Shown piece by piece: positions 19,951 through 32,479 of a DNA stretch of 64,000 nucleotides. The position numbers and the translations under genes are program-made. Within the stretch, counting starts at the first letter, position 1, and each line of letters begins with the position of its first letter. The notes beneath the pieces were generated by a model that searched no databases, was not told the origin of the DNA, and saw nothing but the letters and a program-made list of their open reading frames with translations. Source of the stretch: Felis catus (lineage: Eukaryota); contig NC_058380.1 of the NCBI RefSeq assembly GCF_018350175.1, positions 94,674,001 to 94,738,000 of the forward strand. The letters run 5' to 3'.

Positions 19951-21922
19951 GCCTCCCAGGGCTCCCCTCCCCGCGACCCTAGGTTCTTAAGTCTGGTGTG
20001 GCCTCCTTGGGACCTTTATCCCAGGGCCAGCACCCCCCAGAGTGTTGGGGAAGATACTGCCCTCAACCGTTTCCAAGGTAGCCCGTCCCTCGGAGATGCC
20101 ACCTCTGTTCACTGCCCACCTGGCCTGCCGGGCGGACGTTTCCTAGACAGTGTGTCCAGGCCAATAGTGGGGCCGGAGGACGTCCTGCTATGTACAAGCC
20201 ACAGGGTGGCACTCAGTGGACAGTACTGGCCAAGTCCACGCTCCGCCCTCCGGTCTCCTGTGCAGAGATGCACCTGCTGCTTTGCCTGAGGGCCCCTGGT
20301 AGCTGACCGTCCCCGCAGGGTTGTGGTGGGGAGAGGGGTGCTGAGAGCAAGGGACCTTCCTCACTCTGCCATACACATTCCGGTGGGTTTTGTAACAAGA
20401 CAGTCGAATAAAAACAACACGGCCATCTTGCGTTGGTTGGCTCCTTCTTGGTGGTCCGGGACCAGTCTGGGATCACCCCCGGTTTCCCACTGGCTGTGGG
20501 GAGAACAGCTTCTGGGCTCTGCCTGGACGGCCTGGGCTCCAGGTAAGCCTTCCACCCGTAGGGGCTTTGGGCAAGCAGGGACTTGGTCAGTTTGGGGCTA
20601 ATGGCTGCATTCCGGTTGCCTAGAACCGCCTGGGAGCTGGAAAGTCCTTAATGCTTGGCGACTAAAGAAAAACTGGCATCGTTGCACTTTACGAGGTCCA
20701 GCTGCCTGTACTTCGGTCCCATCTAGTCCTCACTGGACCTGGCGTTGGTGTGGCAGTTACCTGCACTACAGGGAGGAACGGCCACGGGCTTGGAAGGGGT
20801 CGAAGCGTTGTGTCCGCAGCCACCGAGCCGGGAAGGGAAGCAGCAGAAATTGGGGCTCAACCCAGACGGAATGCTAGGCCCGGTGCCTGGGTGCCAGGCC
20901 CCCCCAGAGAAAGGGGGTTTCGAGCCCACGCCCTGTCGCCAGCGTGCCTCCTCACGAGGGAGACAGCAGTTGGTCTACGGAGGAGGTGGCAGCACACAGT
21001 CCAGTCTCAGGGACAGGGAAGGACACGAGCCCAATGGTGTTGGGGCCCAGAGACCCCCATGGCCAAGCAGGGGTGGCACACAGGTGGGAGCTGGGGTCCA
21101 GTCCTGGCTCTGGCCCTGGTTTTCTGGGGGTGGCCTGGGGAAGGCTCCGCATCGAGGAGACAGGTGATGATCTCTTCCTGAAATACCCTCGTTGCAGAAA
21201 TAACTTGTATTTGACACTGACGAAGAAAAAAGGACTGCAACCAATGAAGCACGTGTGGGGAAAAGGCCGGACGGAGCGAACCAACCTTAACGGGGGTTTC
21301 GACCGTCTTCAGTGTCATAACACCTGAGCAACAGGCTCTCTGCACCATCAGTGTCTTGTTCTCCTGGGCTGAGGCCACCGTCCCCATTGGAAATGGAAAG
21401 CGAAGTGGTTTCTCCCCCCACCCCCGGAGCAAGCCAGCTCCCCACACCACCTCCTCCTCTCTAGCCCACGCCCCCCGGCAGCAGACCTCACTGGAGAAAC
21501 GGGCTCTTTGTTTCCAGGTGTGTCTCAAGTCTGCTTCAGGCCGGCTTCGTCTGCACGACCCCGGCCGAGCTACGGGTATTAAGGTCCCCTGTGGCCTCCG
21601 TGTCACTCAAGCCTGGTCAGTCCTCAGTCCTTCCTGCCTGTGTCCCAGGCATTTTATTCCAAGAACATTCGAACCCCTGGCAAAGTTATAAAGGTCGCAT
21701 AAAGAACACCCACCTGGGTGCTTTTCTGGATTCACTTCCTGCACCTCTGCTTGCTCTCTCATCCATAAAAACCACGCGAACATCAGCCGCAGACCTCACG
21801 CCACCTCACCCCTAGATGCCTGTCAGCTCGTCTCTCTAGGAAAAGCAACTCTCCATGGCCCAATGCCAGCATCAGGCCCACGTGAACAATTATCCCATAA
21901 TATCATCTAATATCATGACACG

Positions 21923-22300
21923 TTTTTTTTTTCTTTTTTTAATGTTTATTCTGAGAGAGTGACGGAGGGGAAGAGAGGAGAGAGAGAAAATCCCAAGCAG
22001 GCTCTGTGCTGTCAGCCTGTAGAGCCTGACATGGGGCTCAGTCTCAAGAACTGAGATCATGACCTCAGCCAAAACGGAGTCGGACGCTTAACCTGACTGA
22101 GCCACCCAGATGTGCCTCATGACACATTCTAACTTCCCCAGTTCTCTAAATGTTTATTTTTGAATGTTTATTTCTGAAAGAGCAAGGGGGGAGGGTTAGA
22201 CAGAGGATCCAAAATGGGCTCTGCGCTCGAACTCACAAACCGCAAGATCGTGATCTGAGCCGAAGTCGGCCGCTTCACCGACTGAGCCACACAGGAGTCC
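21923..22300 (-). mobile_element. Two degraded CAN-SINEs (about 21923-22115 and 22148-22300)
   Basis: Antisense SINE bodies. The first is flanked by a TCATGACAC duplication. Confidence 0.75.
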
Positions 22301-23499
22301 CTCCAAACATCTTTTTACGTGTATTTTCGTTTTGCGTTGCAGTTAGTTACTATTTCTTACAGCCTTTTGAAATCTAGAGCAGGATCAGGGTGGCAGTCTG
22401 GAACAAGTCAAACACAGTTCCGGATATACTTTGAAGGGAGAGCCAACAGAATTCACTCAAGGACCAGATGTAGGGAATGAGGAGGCAGGGTGGCGTCAAG
22501 GTCTGACTTCTGTGCCTGGAAGCATGGAGTGGCCTTAACTGAGGCAGAAGGCAGGCAGTGAGGGGAGGTGGGGTCGGGGGAGGCCAGGACCCCTGTTCTG
22601 TACATACCCACGACGATGTGTCTCATGTCCAAATGTGGGCCTGGAGTTCAGGGGAGTCGGCAGCACCGAGTCACGAGCTCTGAAGGGAGTCACTGCACAG
22701 TAAGAGTTAACAGAAAAGGGAAATGAGACCCAAGGAGGAGAGTAGGTGTTCAGGGAGGAGATAGGATCCGCTGGTCAAACCCTCCAGAAAACTCACAGAT
22801 GAATAAGGCCCATGAGTCAAGATTCGCACTCAGGACTCAACTCTTCTCCCGGCCCTTTGGCAACGCTGCTGCCGTCAACCACCTCCCGCCCAGACAGGAC
22901 CTCAGCAAAGCCTCAAAGACCCCCCTGGAGATGGTCACACGGGACGGAGAACCCCAGACTGGTGGTGTGGACTGGAAGAGGACACATCATCCCCTCCCCT
23001 CCCACATCCCTGTTCCTCTGCGCCTCTGGCTTTGATGGTGAAAACGGACGGTGCCAGGAAGGACACGTTTATGGCTCAGTGAGTGTCCTGGAAATCTACC
23101 GTGGGGGACAACGAAGCCATCCTCTCCTCAAAACGTCACCTCACAGCAGAGATCCCGGGCAGAAAGTTACATTCTTACTGCTTCGTCAGAAACCTTTTCA
23201 AATAGCTTTTGAAATTGTAGTTTATAAATCCAAGCCCCTGCCCCCTCCCTCCCTTGAGGAATAAGGCCTCCCCTACTCACCCCAAGGCAGCCCTTGAAGG
23301 GCTGGGTGTTGTGACAAAGCCTGTCGCCGCCATGAATTGCGGAACAGGGGTGCGGTGGTCTCCAACCTCAGGCTGAACACTCCCGTCCCTTCCCTCGTGA
23401 GTTAAGGGATAAGCCTTGTCCTAAATCTTAGCCTGTGGCTGCACTGCCCAGAGCAAAGACCCCAGTGGGTCTTCCTCGAGCGCCCCAGCATCCTCCCTC

Positions 23500-24122
23500 C
23501 CGACACCGCACATCCCTTCCTCCCGGACCTTTCTCCTTGGCACTCCCCGTTACCCAACTCGTCCTGCGCTTGCCTTACGTGTTGCCGGTGGCCACACACA
23601 CGCAGACCCGCCGAGGACGCCGCTGCGTGTCTTCTCGGCGCTGGCATCTCCCGCCCTTGCAGCCCGCCCGGCACCTGCTGGGCGCGCGGTGCTTTCGGAG
23701 CGGACCCGCTCTCGCCGGGTCCCGCTTCGGATCTGGGTCCCCAGAAGGCTGAACCACGGCCGATCGGTCCCGTCGCCCCCGGGTACTGAGCGCCCACTGT
23801 GTACACGGCACTGTGCCGGGGGTGGGGGGGTGGGGGGGCGCGGCGGCCGGAAAGTCACAGCTCCGTCCCCATCCCCGCCCGAGGGAAGAGGCCGGGGGCC
23901 ACGGAAGCCCAGGACCCACAATGCTTTGCGCCCCGCCCCGCGCGTCTCTTCCGGCGGAGCCAGGCCTGGCTAGTCGAGCACCGCGCGCTGGCGGCTCGGC
24001 GCTCGGCTGGCGGCGCCTGCGCACGCGCGGCTTCCGGCGAGGGCGGTCCGGCGGCGTGGTGAGGGTGGCGTGGCGAGGGGGTCGCTTGTGTGTCTCCCAG
24101 GAGAGTCCCAGAACCCGCGACC
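23500..24122 (+). promoter_or_regulatory. SURF6 CpG-island promoter
   Basis: CpG-dense. GC boxes, an NRF1-like GCGCCTGCGCA (about 24013-24023), and ETS CTTCCGG/CCGGAA sites (about 23848, 23948 and 24031). Confidence 0.65.
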
Positions 24123-27100
24123 ATGGCCTCTCTGCTCGCCAAGGACGCCTACCTGCAGGGCCTGGCCAGGAAAATCTGCTCCCAGCCCAGCCCGGAGCCG
24201 CAGAAACGCAAGTCCGGTACAGCGCAGCCGGGGTCGGGCCTGGCAGGGCTGGGGGTGGGGTACGCCCCTGCGCCGCCCCGCGCAGCCTGCGGGTGGGTGA
24301 GACACGTGGGTGCGTGAAGCAAGCCCGTAAGATGGTGGAAAGACTCTTAAGGGTTATGTACAGTTGTCACTGTTTCCCTGCTTGTGGGCATCAGCTCGGG
24401 GGTGCCAGGGAACCCACCGGGCCGGAGGCCCCTGCGGGGCTTGCAGGAGGTGACCCGATGGGATGGGGGAGGTAGGGAGAGGGCGGGAACGGGACGGCTC
24501 CTGCCAGTGGGGTTTACCGGGAAGTCCGTACACAAGCAGGTGAGACAGAGGTTGGCACTTGTGAGTGCTGCCTGGACCCGAAGGGGCAGAGCGCATCAGC
24601 GTCTGACAGGCAGCTAGACGGAGAACGGCCTTTTGTCTTTATGCCAGGCAAACTTATTACCGGAAGTTAGGAAAATTGAGGTTTCTTAGCACTGGGTTGT
24701 AACTTTATACGTTAAAAGATTACTTTTCCTTCTGTGAGTGCGTCTCAGCGTTTTAAAAAGTCTCGTTTCGTACTCAATGTACTCTTTTTGTTAGTTTAAG
24801 TGTAAATATGTTTTGATCCCTTAAAAAAACGAAAGCTTGTGTTCTCGTTTTTGACGGCTAGGTAGTGCTTTGTAACGTGGCGGGTGGCTTAACTTGTGCT
24901 TGTAGGTGAGTATCCAGGTTTTTCTAGTTTTTCCCTGCGATGAACAATTTTGAGGTCAAATCTTGGTGCGTATCAGGACGGATTCTCATAAGCAGACTGC
25001 TGGGTCCAGTGTGGATGTATTGCAGGGTTTTACCACCTGTGGCCAGCCTCCTTTCTCGGGTTTGTGGGTGGCTCTGAGCTTTACAAAAGGACAAGGGTCT
25101 CTGCATGCTCCGTCCTGACTCGCCTACAGTATCCTGGGATCAAAGGCTTTGCAAAACTTTCATGCAGGTTGGATGGGTCACAAAGGTTAAGACCGCAGCC
25201 CTTTATGATTTTGTATTTCAGCCAGCAAAACTCGAGGCTCAGAAGCTTCTGGGCCCCCAAAAAAGAAGAGGAAGAAAGCGCAGAAGAAATCCTGGGAGAG
25301 GGAGGAGAAGGCAGTGGAGCCAAAAGCCCAACCCCTAGGGGAGAAGTCTCCAGCAGCTTCCAAGGCCAGAAACCCAGCAGCAGCCACGGAGGAAGAGGCC
25401 TTCACCTCCACAGGATCTCCTGCAGGTGGAGATGTGGGGCAGGGCTGACTGAGATCCCTTGAAAACGTGGCCCTCTGTGGACACGAGAAAATATGGTGTC
25501 ACACACATTTTTAGGGTATTTTGAGACTTTCTGGAGAGCAGGTTTTCAAGGGACAGATCCCAGGGAATACATAGTGGTTCTAGGCCATTTGGCATTGGGG
25601 TCTGGTGAGGGGCAGGGTCATGTCCCCCTGAGGACCTTGCCCCGAGGAGGCTCTCACTGCCTGCAGGTGTCCAGAGTGGCATCACGAGAGCTGACCTGTT
25701 GGGAGAGGTGGGGAAGCCCCGCCTGCAGAAATTGGAAGAAATGAGAGATGGGTTTGTCTGGACCCATCAGAAGCATTTTGTCTTACCGCACGGGGGTGTT
25801 CTGTTCTGGGGGCCAGTCCAGCTTGGGGAGTGGAGAGTAGTATTTACTAGAACTGTCCTGCAGGTCGACGAGTGGCCACTTGGGGAGTGGGACAGTGTGT
25901 GGGGTTTCAGGCTTTGAAGCTGGACCTTGGGAAAAGGGACGGGAAGGTCAGGCAGGGGGTTTCCTCTTAGCTCCCCGCTTCTTTCCTCACAGACGTCGAG
26001 GTCACAGAGTCCGAGTCTTTGTTTGCCCTGGATGTTCTGTGGCAGCGGCTACGTGAGAAAATACAGGAGGCCCGGGGCCGGGTAAGTTGGGGAGGCTGCT
26101 GGGGTGTAGGAAGCAGTGTGGTTTTCTGCGGTGGTTTTCCTGCTCTGCGTGGAGGAGAAAGTACCTTGGTGCCCTTTGTGGGCTTGGTCCTCAGTTCTGC
26201 CAGCCACTGGGGGCAGCCGCTGTTCCCACCCCTGCAGCAGGTCTTGCCAGGGCCACGGCAGTTTTGGTTGGCAGGGGATCAGGTGTAGTTTCCGGCATCT
26301 TGGGGAGACTCGGTTCCCACGGTAACCTGCTTTGTACAGTCTGTGCTGTGGGTTCCCCGTGCCCTTGGAGAGAGGCTCAGTCTGTCGAAGGAAGCTGCCT
26401 TTGTTGGACACGACACCGGGCAGCGCTGTGTCCTCTTGACGTCACGCTAGCTCTGTGAGGTGGCGAGGGTCTGCGATGAGGTGACTGCTACAGGAAGCAC
26501 CAGACCTAACCCTCCTGGGTTTTTTGTGTTGAGTGACATAATCTTTTCACTTAGCCACCACCTGCCGTTTCCCTGGGGACGTACCCTGGGCCTGTTGCTG
26601 TGTGGGACAGTCCCCCAGCTTCTTTGTGCAGTGCCCTGGGACAAGCCTGGGGATCGTTTCTAAGGGGCAGCCTGAGCTCCGGCCTGGCCTTCCTGCATGC
26701 AGGTCTGGGTCAGTCTGGTAGCGTTCTCTTTTTGGCCTCCAGACGGAAAAGGCCATCTGTGAGAGCAGAGGTCAGGTGAGTCACCGGCAGAACAGCGCCA
26801 TAGTCCGCATGGGCATTGAGCGTCCTGATCTGATGCCGAGTTCCAGATGGTGTCCTTGGCTAGGCCTGTCCTTGTCTGCAGAACGATGGAGGACATATCT
26901 ATGTCGAATTATTTGTAAAGGGCCCTGGTGCAACGTCTGTGTCTGGGAACTGGAAGCCATGGTTCTTACCTGGGGGTCTTTGTGTCCTTTTTGGGGTCCC
27001 TTGGATTCCGGGTGACAGGTTGTCTCCTGGGGGAACACTGAGCTCAGTGAGCACCTTGTCTTGCACAAGCGTTTCCTCACCCGCTTTCCTGCCCTGATTC

Positions 27101-28046
27101 CACATCCCAGACCGGGGGCCCCGAACTTGGGAGGCCCTCGTGAGGGAGCCCTGACTCTCCTCCTCCTCCTCCAGGGCAGCACCTCGGAGCCATCTCCCGC
27201 GGCTCTGGAGAAAAGACGCCGGAGGAAGCAGGAGCGGGACCGCAAGAAGAGGAAGCGGAAGGAACTGAGGGCGAAGGAGAAGGTGGCAAAGGCCACGGAG
27301 GCCGTCGAGCCGCCCCGCGAGCCACCCCGCGAGCCACCCCGAGAGGAGGCACAGCTGGGGCTGCTCTTCAATAAGGTGAGAGGCAGGTGCGGCCGTGCAG
27401 GCGCGGGGACCCGGGCAGTGCCCCCGGCTGGCCGCGTGGCCCGTGTCCCGAGGCCGCCCGTTCGCGGAGGCGGGTGGCGGCAGTGCCTGCCCCTGGGGGC
27501 GCTCGTGGGGGCTCACGGGAGAGGCGCGCCTTGAAGCTGGAGTTCACTGGGGTTGCCGCCCGCAAGGTGGAGGTGAGCGCGGGGGAGCCGGCCGGCAAGG
27601 CCCAGCGCCGGAAGGAGAAGAGGCAGAAGCTGAAGGGGAACCTGACGCCGCTGACGGGGAAGAACTACCGGCAGCTGCTGGAGCGCCTGCGGGCACGGCA
27701 GGGTCGGCTGGCCGAGCTGCGGGACCGGGACGAGGGGAAGGCGCGGGAGCTGGAGACCAAGATGCAGTGGACCAACCTGCTGTACAAGGCCGAGGGCGTG
27801 CGGATCCGGGACGACGAGCGCCTGCTGCAGGAGGCCCTGAGGCGCAAGGAGAAGCGGCGGGCGCAGCGGAAGCGCAGGTGGGGGAAACGCACGGCCCGCG
27901 TGGTCGAGAAAATGCAGCAGCGGCAGGACCAGCGGCGACAGAATCTGCGCAAGAAGAAGGCGGCCCGGGCCGAGCGGCGTCTGGACAGGGCTCGCAGGAA
28001 GGGCCGCATCCTGCCCCAGGACCTGGAGCGGGCCGGCCTGGCGTGA
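24123..28046 (+). CDS. SURF6: Surfeit locus protein 6 (nucleolar, Rrp14-like), 5 exons, 355 aa: join(24123..24216,25222..25425,25993..26081,27175..27375,27567..28046)
   Basis: 1068 nt in frame. MASLLAKDAYLQGLARKICS..FALDVLWQRLREKIQEARG..GLLFNK|VEV..KGNLTPLTGKNYRQLLERL..WTNLLYKAEGVRIRDDERLLQEAL..GRILPQDLERAGLA*. Confidence 0.94.
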
Positions 28047-28785
28047 GGACCCGGGCCGCGTCCCTGACCGGGGGCTGGGGTGGCGCCGGGCGGGGCTCGG
28101 TCGGCGCTGTCTGGGCCCCTGGGCACGCGGGCTCCGTGGGCTCAGCTCGCGCGTGGAAGGGACAGTGTCCGGAATGGAGGTCCACGTCTTTGGGACCCCG
28201 GTAAGGAGTGACCGGGTCCGGGTTCCCGCCTTCTCTTGGGAGGCCAGACAGCTCCCTGGAAGTGTGCAGGGTGGGGGTGCAGGGGGGCGCCTCCCTGGCC
28301 CCTTCTCCTCCCAGTTTACACGAGCAGGGCGGGAATGGCCTTTGGGACTGCCCGTGTCCGTGCGGAACTCGCCTGGAAGCGAGGGGTCTCCGTAGACCGA
28401 GCCAGAGGTGGAGTCTCCGGTGAGGGCGAGCTGACCTCGGTGTGGCCGGAAGGGAGTTGGGTTTATCTGTAGGAGGAACAAAAGGTAGCGCTTAGGTGAA
28501 CACACGTTCAAAGTCTCAGTGCCTGCTAGATCTGCACGGTGTGTACTAGGCTGGAAAGAAAGGGGGAGACAAAGGAAAAACCCAAGCTCAGACTCAGCGA
28601 GGGAAACGAAAGATGCCCAGTATGGCAGCGGGACTCCACGCAGACCTGCGGGGGGGCAGAAGGGGCACAGACGTGCAAAACCCCGGGGGGCGGGGGGGGG
28701 GGCTCACGGCACATAGATTCTGTCGGGTTAAAGCTGTTAATAGAATCGTTTTGACTCGGGTTCACTTAAGAAACAGACTGCAGAA

Positions 28786-28997
28786 GGCCACCTGGGTAGC
28801 TGATGACTGAGCTAAGCGTCCAACTCCTGATTTGGGCTCAGGTTGTGTCTCCTGGTTCGTGAGTTCTAGCCCCAAGGGAGGCTCCACGCTGGCAGTGTGG
28901 AGCCTTCTTTGGATCTTGTCTCTCTTTTCCTCCCCTGCTCGTGCTGTCTGTGTCTGTCTGTCTGTCTGTCTCTCTCTCACGATAAGTAAACTTAAAA
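28786..28997 (+). mobile_element. Older CAN-SINE downstream of SURF6
   Basis: SINE head, CT/GTCT-rich linker and a short tail. Confidence 0.75.
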
Positions 28998-29867
28998 CAT
29001 ACCCAGCGGACTGTAGCGGAAAGGCTGGTGTGGCCAAAGTGGACAGAGCTGACTCGAGAACGAACGGCACCGTGAGGAGTAAAGGACGCCCGCCCCCTCC
29101 CCCCGGCGGAGGGGTTCTGTGCTCCCAGCAGGCAGAGCGGCTCTGACGACCCCGGGACTGGAGCCTTGAGTCTGCCCAGAGCGGGAGATTTCTGATTCCT
29201 TTCCTAGGCCTGGAGACATCAGGCAGAACTCTGGTGGATGTAGAAGGTCTGGAGGAGAGTCACGAGCTCGATCTAGCAACACAGAACGGCGTGTCTGGAA
29301 ACACACGCTTTGCGCGTCTCTGAAGCAGCAATGAGAACGGAGCGTCTGGTCCATAAAGGACGTTTTCGTTTCAAGGAGTCAGACCAGGTGTGGTGTCCGG
29401 CCACAGCAGGGTTTTGTCGTCAAAGTCAAGAGGTGGTCAGAGTTTCACGTTTGGAATTTTAAAAACACACTCTCGAGTTTACCTGTGGGTGGTTGTGGGA
29501 GGCGGAGCCTGACTCCCAGGTGTCCGTGCTGAGCGCGTGTCCTGCGGCAGGCGGCAGCAGGAGCAACTCCTCCAGGGACAATAGTGGGCAGTGGGATGTG
29601 GCCAAGGGAAACTCCCAGGACGAGTCTGGGAGGCCCGATAGACCCCTGTTGGGTGTCGTCGCCTCCAGTGTGGGAAGACGGTGCAGCATGGTGGGAGAAA
29701 TCTTCAAGGGCCTAATGTCAGAACGTGTCCAGAGCCAGATGGCGGAAGTTCCCCCTCCTGGGGTGGAGGGGATTGGATGAAGGTTGCCCCAAGCAGAACA
29801 CCTGCTCGGAACAGTGGTTCCAACTGTCCCGAAGGCCATGGCGGTGGGAAAAGGAATAAAGGGAGAA

Positions 29868-30713
29868 AGCTCACTGAAATGGAGTCGGGAGGCCGGAGAG
29901 AGGAGCACTCGTGCACTGTGCCGACTTGCGTCCATTGTGGGAGGAAGTGTCACCGACCCAGCAGAAGCGTCCTCGACAGGAAAGCGTTGTGATCACAGGC
30001 TCAACAGGGAAGGACGCTGTACCTCCTGTGAGACACCCAGCGACCCGGCCAGCAAGGAATGGCCCTCGCCCTGCGCTGTGAGTCTCTGGGTCAGGACAGC
30101 CCTTCCCAGCGTCCTCCTCGTAAAATAATCCCCTCTTTGTTGGATTTGCCTGTGGTTTTGCCCTAGTTTGCATGTCCCAGGTTGCAATTCTCTGCTATTC
30201 CTAAATAAACACATTTTGCTGGTAAGGTAACTGGTAATTGTATTATTATTTTTTTATTTTTATTTTTTATTTTTTCAACGTTTTTTATTTATTTTTGGAA
30301 CAGAGAGAGACAGAGCATGAACAGGGGAGGGGCAGAGAGAGAGGGAGATACAGAATCGGAAACAGGCTCCAGGCTCCGAGCCATCAGCCCAGGGCCTGAC
30401 GCGGGGCTCGAACTCACGGACCGCGAGATCGTGACCCGGCTGATGTCAGACGCTTAACCGACTGCGCCACCCGGCGCCCCATATTATTATTATTTTTAAC
30501 GTTTGTTTTTGAGACAGACTGTGTGAGCAGGGGAGGGGCAGAGAGAAGAGGGAGACACAGAATCCAAAGCAGGCTCCAGGCTCTGAGTTGTCAGCACACA
30601 GCCTGACGCTGGGCTCAAACCCACGAACCGTGGGATCATGACCTGAACCGAAGTGGCTGCCTAACGGACTGAGCCACCCAGGTGCCCCTGGTGGTTTTAT
30701 TTTTAAGCTCAGC
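29868..30713 (+). mobile_element. Probable ERV LTR remnant interrupted by two antisense CAN-SINEs (about 30240-30480 and 30481-30688)
   Basis: The LTR-like 3' end (TTGCAATTCTCTGCTATTCCTAAATAAAC..AACTGG) appears to resume after the SINEs (GGTTTTATTTTTAAG..CA). The SINEs are unambiguous; the LTR call is from recognition only. Confidence 0.5.
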
Positions 30714-31696
30714 ACTAGTTTCCTTTCTCCACTGGCCCTTTGGGTGAGTCTGGGAAGGAGCACAGCCTGCCTTCCCTCCTGTCCAGGGGCCCTAGGACTT
30801 GAGCTGATGGACATTTAGAAATTCAGTGAGTGGCTGGGACCAGTCAGGCAGCTCAAGTGAGGCTTCTGTTCATCAGATCTGGTGGGGGTGGGGCGTGCAG
30901 AGACAGCTGTCTCTAGACCCTGGTGGGTCAGCTCATCCAGTTCACCGCACGAGTCACGGGAGCCTTGCGTACATGGCCTGTGGGAAGAAAAGTGTGTTCC
31001 CTGCGGTCGGGTCCTGACACCTGCGTCGGCCCTGAGCTCAGTTCTGGTTTCATCCCAGCACTCCAGCTTCGGAGAAGAGCTGCCGTGTGCTGCTTCTCCA
31101 AGATGCCTGAACTCGCACGTGGCAAAGGTGTGCCTCTTGGATCCTCCCCAGACAACCTGTTGGGCAGATGAGCAGGTAACAGGGTCAGTAAGGCCCTTCC
31201 AGCAAGCCTACGTCTCCACTGGGGCGTCTGACCTTCCTCTTATTCCAGGGAGTTTCCAGAAGCCTCACTTACCTTAGTGTGCACTTCAGGGGACTCCAGG
31301 TTTTGGCTGAGCAACAGAGGAAGTCACCGAATCCTTCCTAGTTCCCTAGCTAGCCTGTGGACTCTTGATTCCAAATGGAAGCCAATCTGAGATTATATCC
31401 CGGGGAGTTGTTTCTAGAGAGCACGTTGTGAGTCCTGCAGGGTGAACGAGGCAGTTGCTGAAACGTCAGCAACGTTCTGGTCTCCAGGCTCTGGAACGTG
31501 ATAGCTTGAGTTTGGAGCCTTGATCCCCCAGAGGAGAGATACAAAATCGGCTGGAACTTCCTGGCACTCCTCAGAGCTGCATGCACTCCTGGGTGTTTTC
31601 ACAGAACCGCCAGTAGATCCTATAGTTCCTCACTCGTACTTTGAACTCTTTAATAATTATATCTGATGAAATAGAAAAGAACAGCTACGTGTAGTT

Positions 31697-31722
31697 TGCT
31701 GCTGCTGCTGCTGCTGCTGCTG
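31697..31722. repeat. (CTG/CAG) trinucleotide microsatellite, about 8-9 units
   Basis: TGCTGCTGCTGCTGCTGCTGCTGCTG seen directly. Confidence 0.9.
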
Positions 31723-32239
31723 TTTCACTGGCCGAGGCAGCCCGGCATGGCTGCTCAGTCCAAGTGTCTGGGAAGGTTTTCTTCGGTGCACGGCTACGGC
31801 AGCCCTCCTTCCTGGCCAGGCACTGCCCACATGTTCCGAGACGTTCCCCTGGATTTTCTCCAATACCAAACGGCAAATGTTTCTGTCCATTTAGTGAATT
31901 GAACTTTCCTACTTTGGCCTCGTAACTGGGTGCTCGGAGCCTGTTGGGGTCCGACTCTGCTTGTAGGTCTAGATACCAGGCGGCGAGGTGGCCTAGGGGA
32001 TGAGGACGCTGGCTCCTTGCAGTTCTGCTGTGAAGTTGAAACCACTCTTGACGGTAAAGGTTATCAGTTGAGAAAACAGGCTGACCAGACATTGGATCCG
32101 AAAGCTTTTGTCTGGAAGTGCCACGTGTTCTCACACGCCACTGGTCACATCATGTGGCTGCACATAACTTCCAGTGGAGACAGAAACGCAGCCCACCTGG
32201 TGCCCGGGGGAAGAGCCAGGAAGTTCTGTTTTTTGGGTT

Positions 32240-32448
32240 TAAAAAAATTTTTTTTAATATGTATTTTTGAGAGAGAGGGAGCACGAGCAGGGGAGGGGCA
32301 GAGAGAGGGGGAGACACAGAAGCCGAAACGGGCTACAGGCTGTGAGCTGTCAGCACAGAGCCCGATGTGGGGCTCGAACCCACAAACCGCGAGATCATGA
32401 CCAGAGCCGGAGTCGGAAGCTTAACCGACCGAGCCACCCGGGCGCCCC
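32240..32448 (-). mobile_element. CAN-SINE
   Basis: Full antisense SINE body. Confidence 0.88.
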
Positions 32449-32479
32449 AGGAAGATCCCTGTTCTTAAATACCTTTCAA

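Noticed and set aside
27395-28511. Overlapping 213-332 aa ORFs around SURF6 exon 5
   Set aside because: Alternative-frame and antisense shadows of a GC-rich coding exon.
31657-32134. PolyQ, polyA and polyL ORFs
   Set aside because: Produced by an intergenic CTG/CAG microsatellite, with no exon context.
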